NCBI GenBank assembly: GCA_937894675.1
Contig: CALCQO010000045.1
Coordinates: 103,937 to 167,936, forward strand
Reading direction: 5' to 3'
Length of the DNA: 64,000 nt
Source of the DNA: an uncultured Clostridia bacterium
GTDB lineage: Bacteria; Bacillota; Clostridia; Christensenellales; Aristaeellaceae
This document shows positions 62,632 to 64,000 of the stretch, one piece after another. Within the stretch, counting starts at the first letter, position 1; each line of letters opens with the position of its first letter. Position numbers and translations under genes: made by a program. The notes under the pieces were generated by a model that made no database searches, was not told the DNA's origin, and saw only the letters and a program-made list of their open reading frames with translations.

Positions 62632-63999
62632 TTAGCCCTTCTTCCTGTCTTTGACGATGGCATTGACAATGGCATTGACAATGATAATCAATAGAATGGT
62701 CATCGCGGCCAGCGCGGAGGCGTCCACGATATAGCCATCCGAACGCAGGGAGTAGATGGCTACGCCCAGGGTGCGGGTATAGGGGCCGTAGAGCAGCACC
62801 GAGGTGGTCAACTCCCGCATGGCTGGCAGGAAGATGAGGAAGAAGCCGGAAATCATGGCCGGACGAATCAGGGGCAGGGTAATGTCCGTAAGTGACTCAA
62901 AGTGAGTCGCGCCGCTGGATCGGGCCGCGTCCTCCAGGGAATAGTGTACCTGCTGCAGGGACGCGGAGGCTGACTTCATGGAGAAAGCCACATAGCGGGC
63001 GATGTAGGCGACCAGGATAATCCAGATGGTGTTGTACAGGTTCAGCCCCAGGTTGCCGCTCCAGGCCAGGATGACGCCGATGGCCAGCACAATGCCGGGA
63101 ATGGAGTAGGGCAGTATGCTGATGATTTCCAGCGCTGTCTTGCCCCGGGGGCGGATTTTATTGATAACATAGGCAATCATCACACCCAGGAACATGGCGA
63201 TAACGCCGGATGCCACAGAGAGGAAGAGGGAGTTTTTCACCGAGTCAGCCACCATCTTATGGTTGAACAGGTTGACGAAGTTGTCCAGGGTGAAGTTTTC
63301 CATGCTCAGCGGCAAGCCGTAGGCGCGCAGCAGGCCCACCAGCACAATCATCAATAGGGGCACCACCACGATTACGAACAGGGACAGGAAAGAGATAATC
63401 AGCAGAGGAATCTTCGCCCCGCGCAGTTTAATCAGCATAGGGCGCATGGATTTGCCCTTGATGATGTCATAGCTGCCTGTTTTCAGCACTGCCTTCTGCA
63501 GCCAGAGGGCCAGCATGACCACAATAACCAGCAGAATGGACAGTGCCGCGCCTTCCCGGATGCCCTGGAAGGAGCCGGAAGCACGGGAAATCAACTGATA
63601 GATGCGGGTGGGGAGTGTGTAGATTTTTTTGCTGAAGCCCAGGATGGCAGGTACGCCAAAGTGGGACAGGGAGGAGGTGAGAATCAGCAGCGCGCCCGCG
63701 CTGGTGGCCGGCAGCACCAGGGGCATAGTAATGCGCCGGATTACATACCACTGTTTGGCACCGGCGATACGGGCCGACTCTTCCAATGTGGGGTCCATGC
63801 GTTCCAGCGCTGACACAACCTGCATGAACACAAAGGGGAAGTAGTAGCTAAGCTCCACGAACACGATGCCGCCAATGCTGTTGATGTTGAAGGGCGCGGA
63901 AGCAAGGCCGAAGGTGGTAACCAGCCAGTTGTTCAGATATCCGGAGCGGGGCGATAGGAGCAATTCCCATGCCATAGCGCCGAAGAAGGGCGGGAACAT
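62632..63999 (-). CDS. ABC importer permease with duplicated (two-module, FbpB-like) membrane domain; 5' end lies outside the window
   Basis: Two EAA-like loops (LEESARIAGAKQWYVIRRITMP and LEDAARSSGATHFESLTDITLP). The ORF is open to the window edge. Confidence 0.8.
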   Translation of the reverse strand: MFPPFFGAMAWELLLSPRSGYLNNWLVTTFGLASAPFNINSIGGIVFVELSYYFPFVFMQVVSALERMDPTLEESARIAGAKQWYVIRRITMPLVLPATSAGALLILTSSLSHFGVPAILGFSKKIYTLPTRIYQLISRASGSFQGIREGAALSILLVIVVMLALWLQKAVLKTGSYDIIKGKSMRPMLIKLRGAKIPLLIISFLSLFVIVVVPLLMIVLVGLLRAYGLPLSMENFTLDNFVNLFNHKMVADSVKNSLFLSVASGVIAMFLGVMIAYVINKIRPRGKTALEIISILPYSIPGIVLAIGVILAWSGNLGLNLYNTIWIILVAYIARYVAFSMKSASASLQQVHYSLEDAARSSGATHFESLTDITLPLIRPAMISGFFLIFLPAMRELTTSVLLYGPYTRTLGVAIYSLRSDGYIVDASALAAMTILLIIIVNAIVNAIVKDRKKG

Positions 64000-64000
64000 G

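Noticed and set aside
1097-62681. N-terminal extensions of ORF-track entries: 1097, 10159, 13160, 26579, 27044, 32184, 32543, 43879, 48358, 50362, 51026, 51050, 53681, 54714, 55552 and 62681.
   Set aside because: In each case an internal ATG/GTG preceded by a GGAGG-type RBS coincides with the start of homology or with the upstream gene's stop codon. The extensions overlap upstream genes or encode Arg/Gly-rich junk.
1-64000. Search for a prophage, an integrative element, a DGR/retron, toxin-antitoxin pairs, or rRNA/tRNA genes.
   Set aside because: I saw no integrase, transposase, reverse transcriptase, terminal inverted repeats or cloverleaf-capable intergenic segments. All intergenic regions are short (under 250 nt, apart from the CRISPR array and the tracrRNA/T-box region) and are accounted for by promoters and terminators. 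The only clearly foreign-looking block by composition is cas9-cas1-cas2.

Overview
High-GC Firmicutes-type chromosomal segment. It has GGAGG ribosome-binding sites, a T-box leader, whiA plus a crh-like gene, and soj/spo0J. It is most likely a Clostridia/Oscillospirales-like anaerobe, but that is inference only. I support about 50 genes. Most other long ORFs in the track run antisense to these genes and are GC-driven artefacts.

Content from left to right:
- A GT2 glycosyltransferase and a 1842-aa membrane-anchored surface protein (10 MucBP-like and 5 SH3b-like modules) containing five 228-bp tandem repeats.
- A tightly packed plus-strand gene string: NYN/LOTUS protein, GtrB-like GT2, ferritin-like protein, potABC, murG, PhzF-like protein.
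- A VanY/M15B-like protein, crh-like/whiA/murB, and the divergent murC-lepA pair followed by a zinc-ribbon membrane protein.
- An overlapped GNAT / alpha-beta hydrolase / membrane-anchored MurF-like ligase / Ddl operon.
- An aldo-keto reductase (AKR), an ArsR regulator with a heterodimeric ABC exporter, a 2-hydroxyacid dehydrogenase and a VOC protein.
- A compact type II-C CRISPR-Cas locus: array 34143-34765, cas2-cas1-cas9 on the minus strand, tracrRNA 39440-39549.
- T-box-controlled thrS, an ECF sigma/anti-sigma pair and an LplABC-like sugar ABC importer.
- A three-gene operon: metallophosphoesterase, cytoplasmic ParB-like/BMP fusion, SagB-type dehydrogenase.
- A receiver-less OmpR-type wHTH protein, an unknown gene followed by parA-parB, and an RluA-family synthase.
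- A secreted unknown protein, a cytoplasmic alpha-amylase and an AKR-ferredoxin fusion.
- A metal module (RIC/hemerythrin-like protein, HMA-less P1B ATPase with a CPG motif, separate HMA protein) and a partial ABC importer.

I saw no rRNA, tRNA, transposase, integrase or reverse-transcriptase genes.

Most noteworthy:
1. The CRISPR repeats resemble the Neisseria meningitidis II-C repeat. Each ends in an extended -10 box (TGGTATGAT), so crRNAs are probably made from repeat-internal promoters on the plus strand, convergent with cas9.
2. A clearly recognisable Nme-like tracrRNA, with its own promoter, lies directly upstream of cas9.
3. The 3' end of cas9 (the PAM-interacting region) drops abruptly in GC.
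4. The ParB-like/BMP fusion operon and the membrane-anchored MurF-like operon are the best candidates for uncharacterised biology.

All homology statements come from motif recognition by eye. No database search was run.
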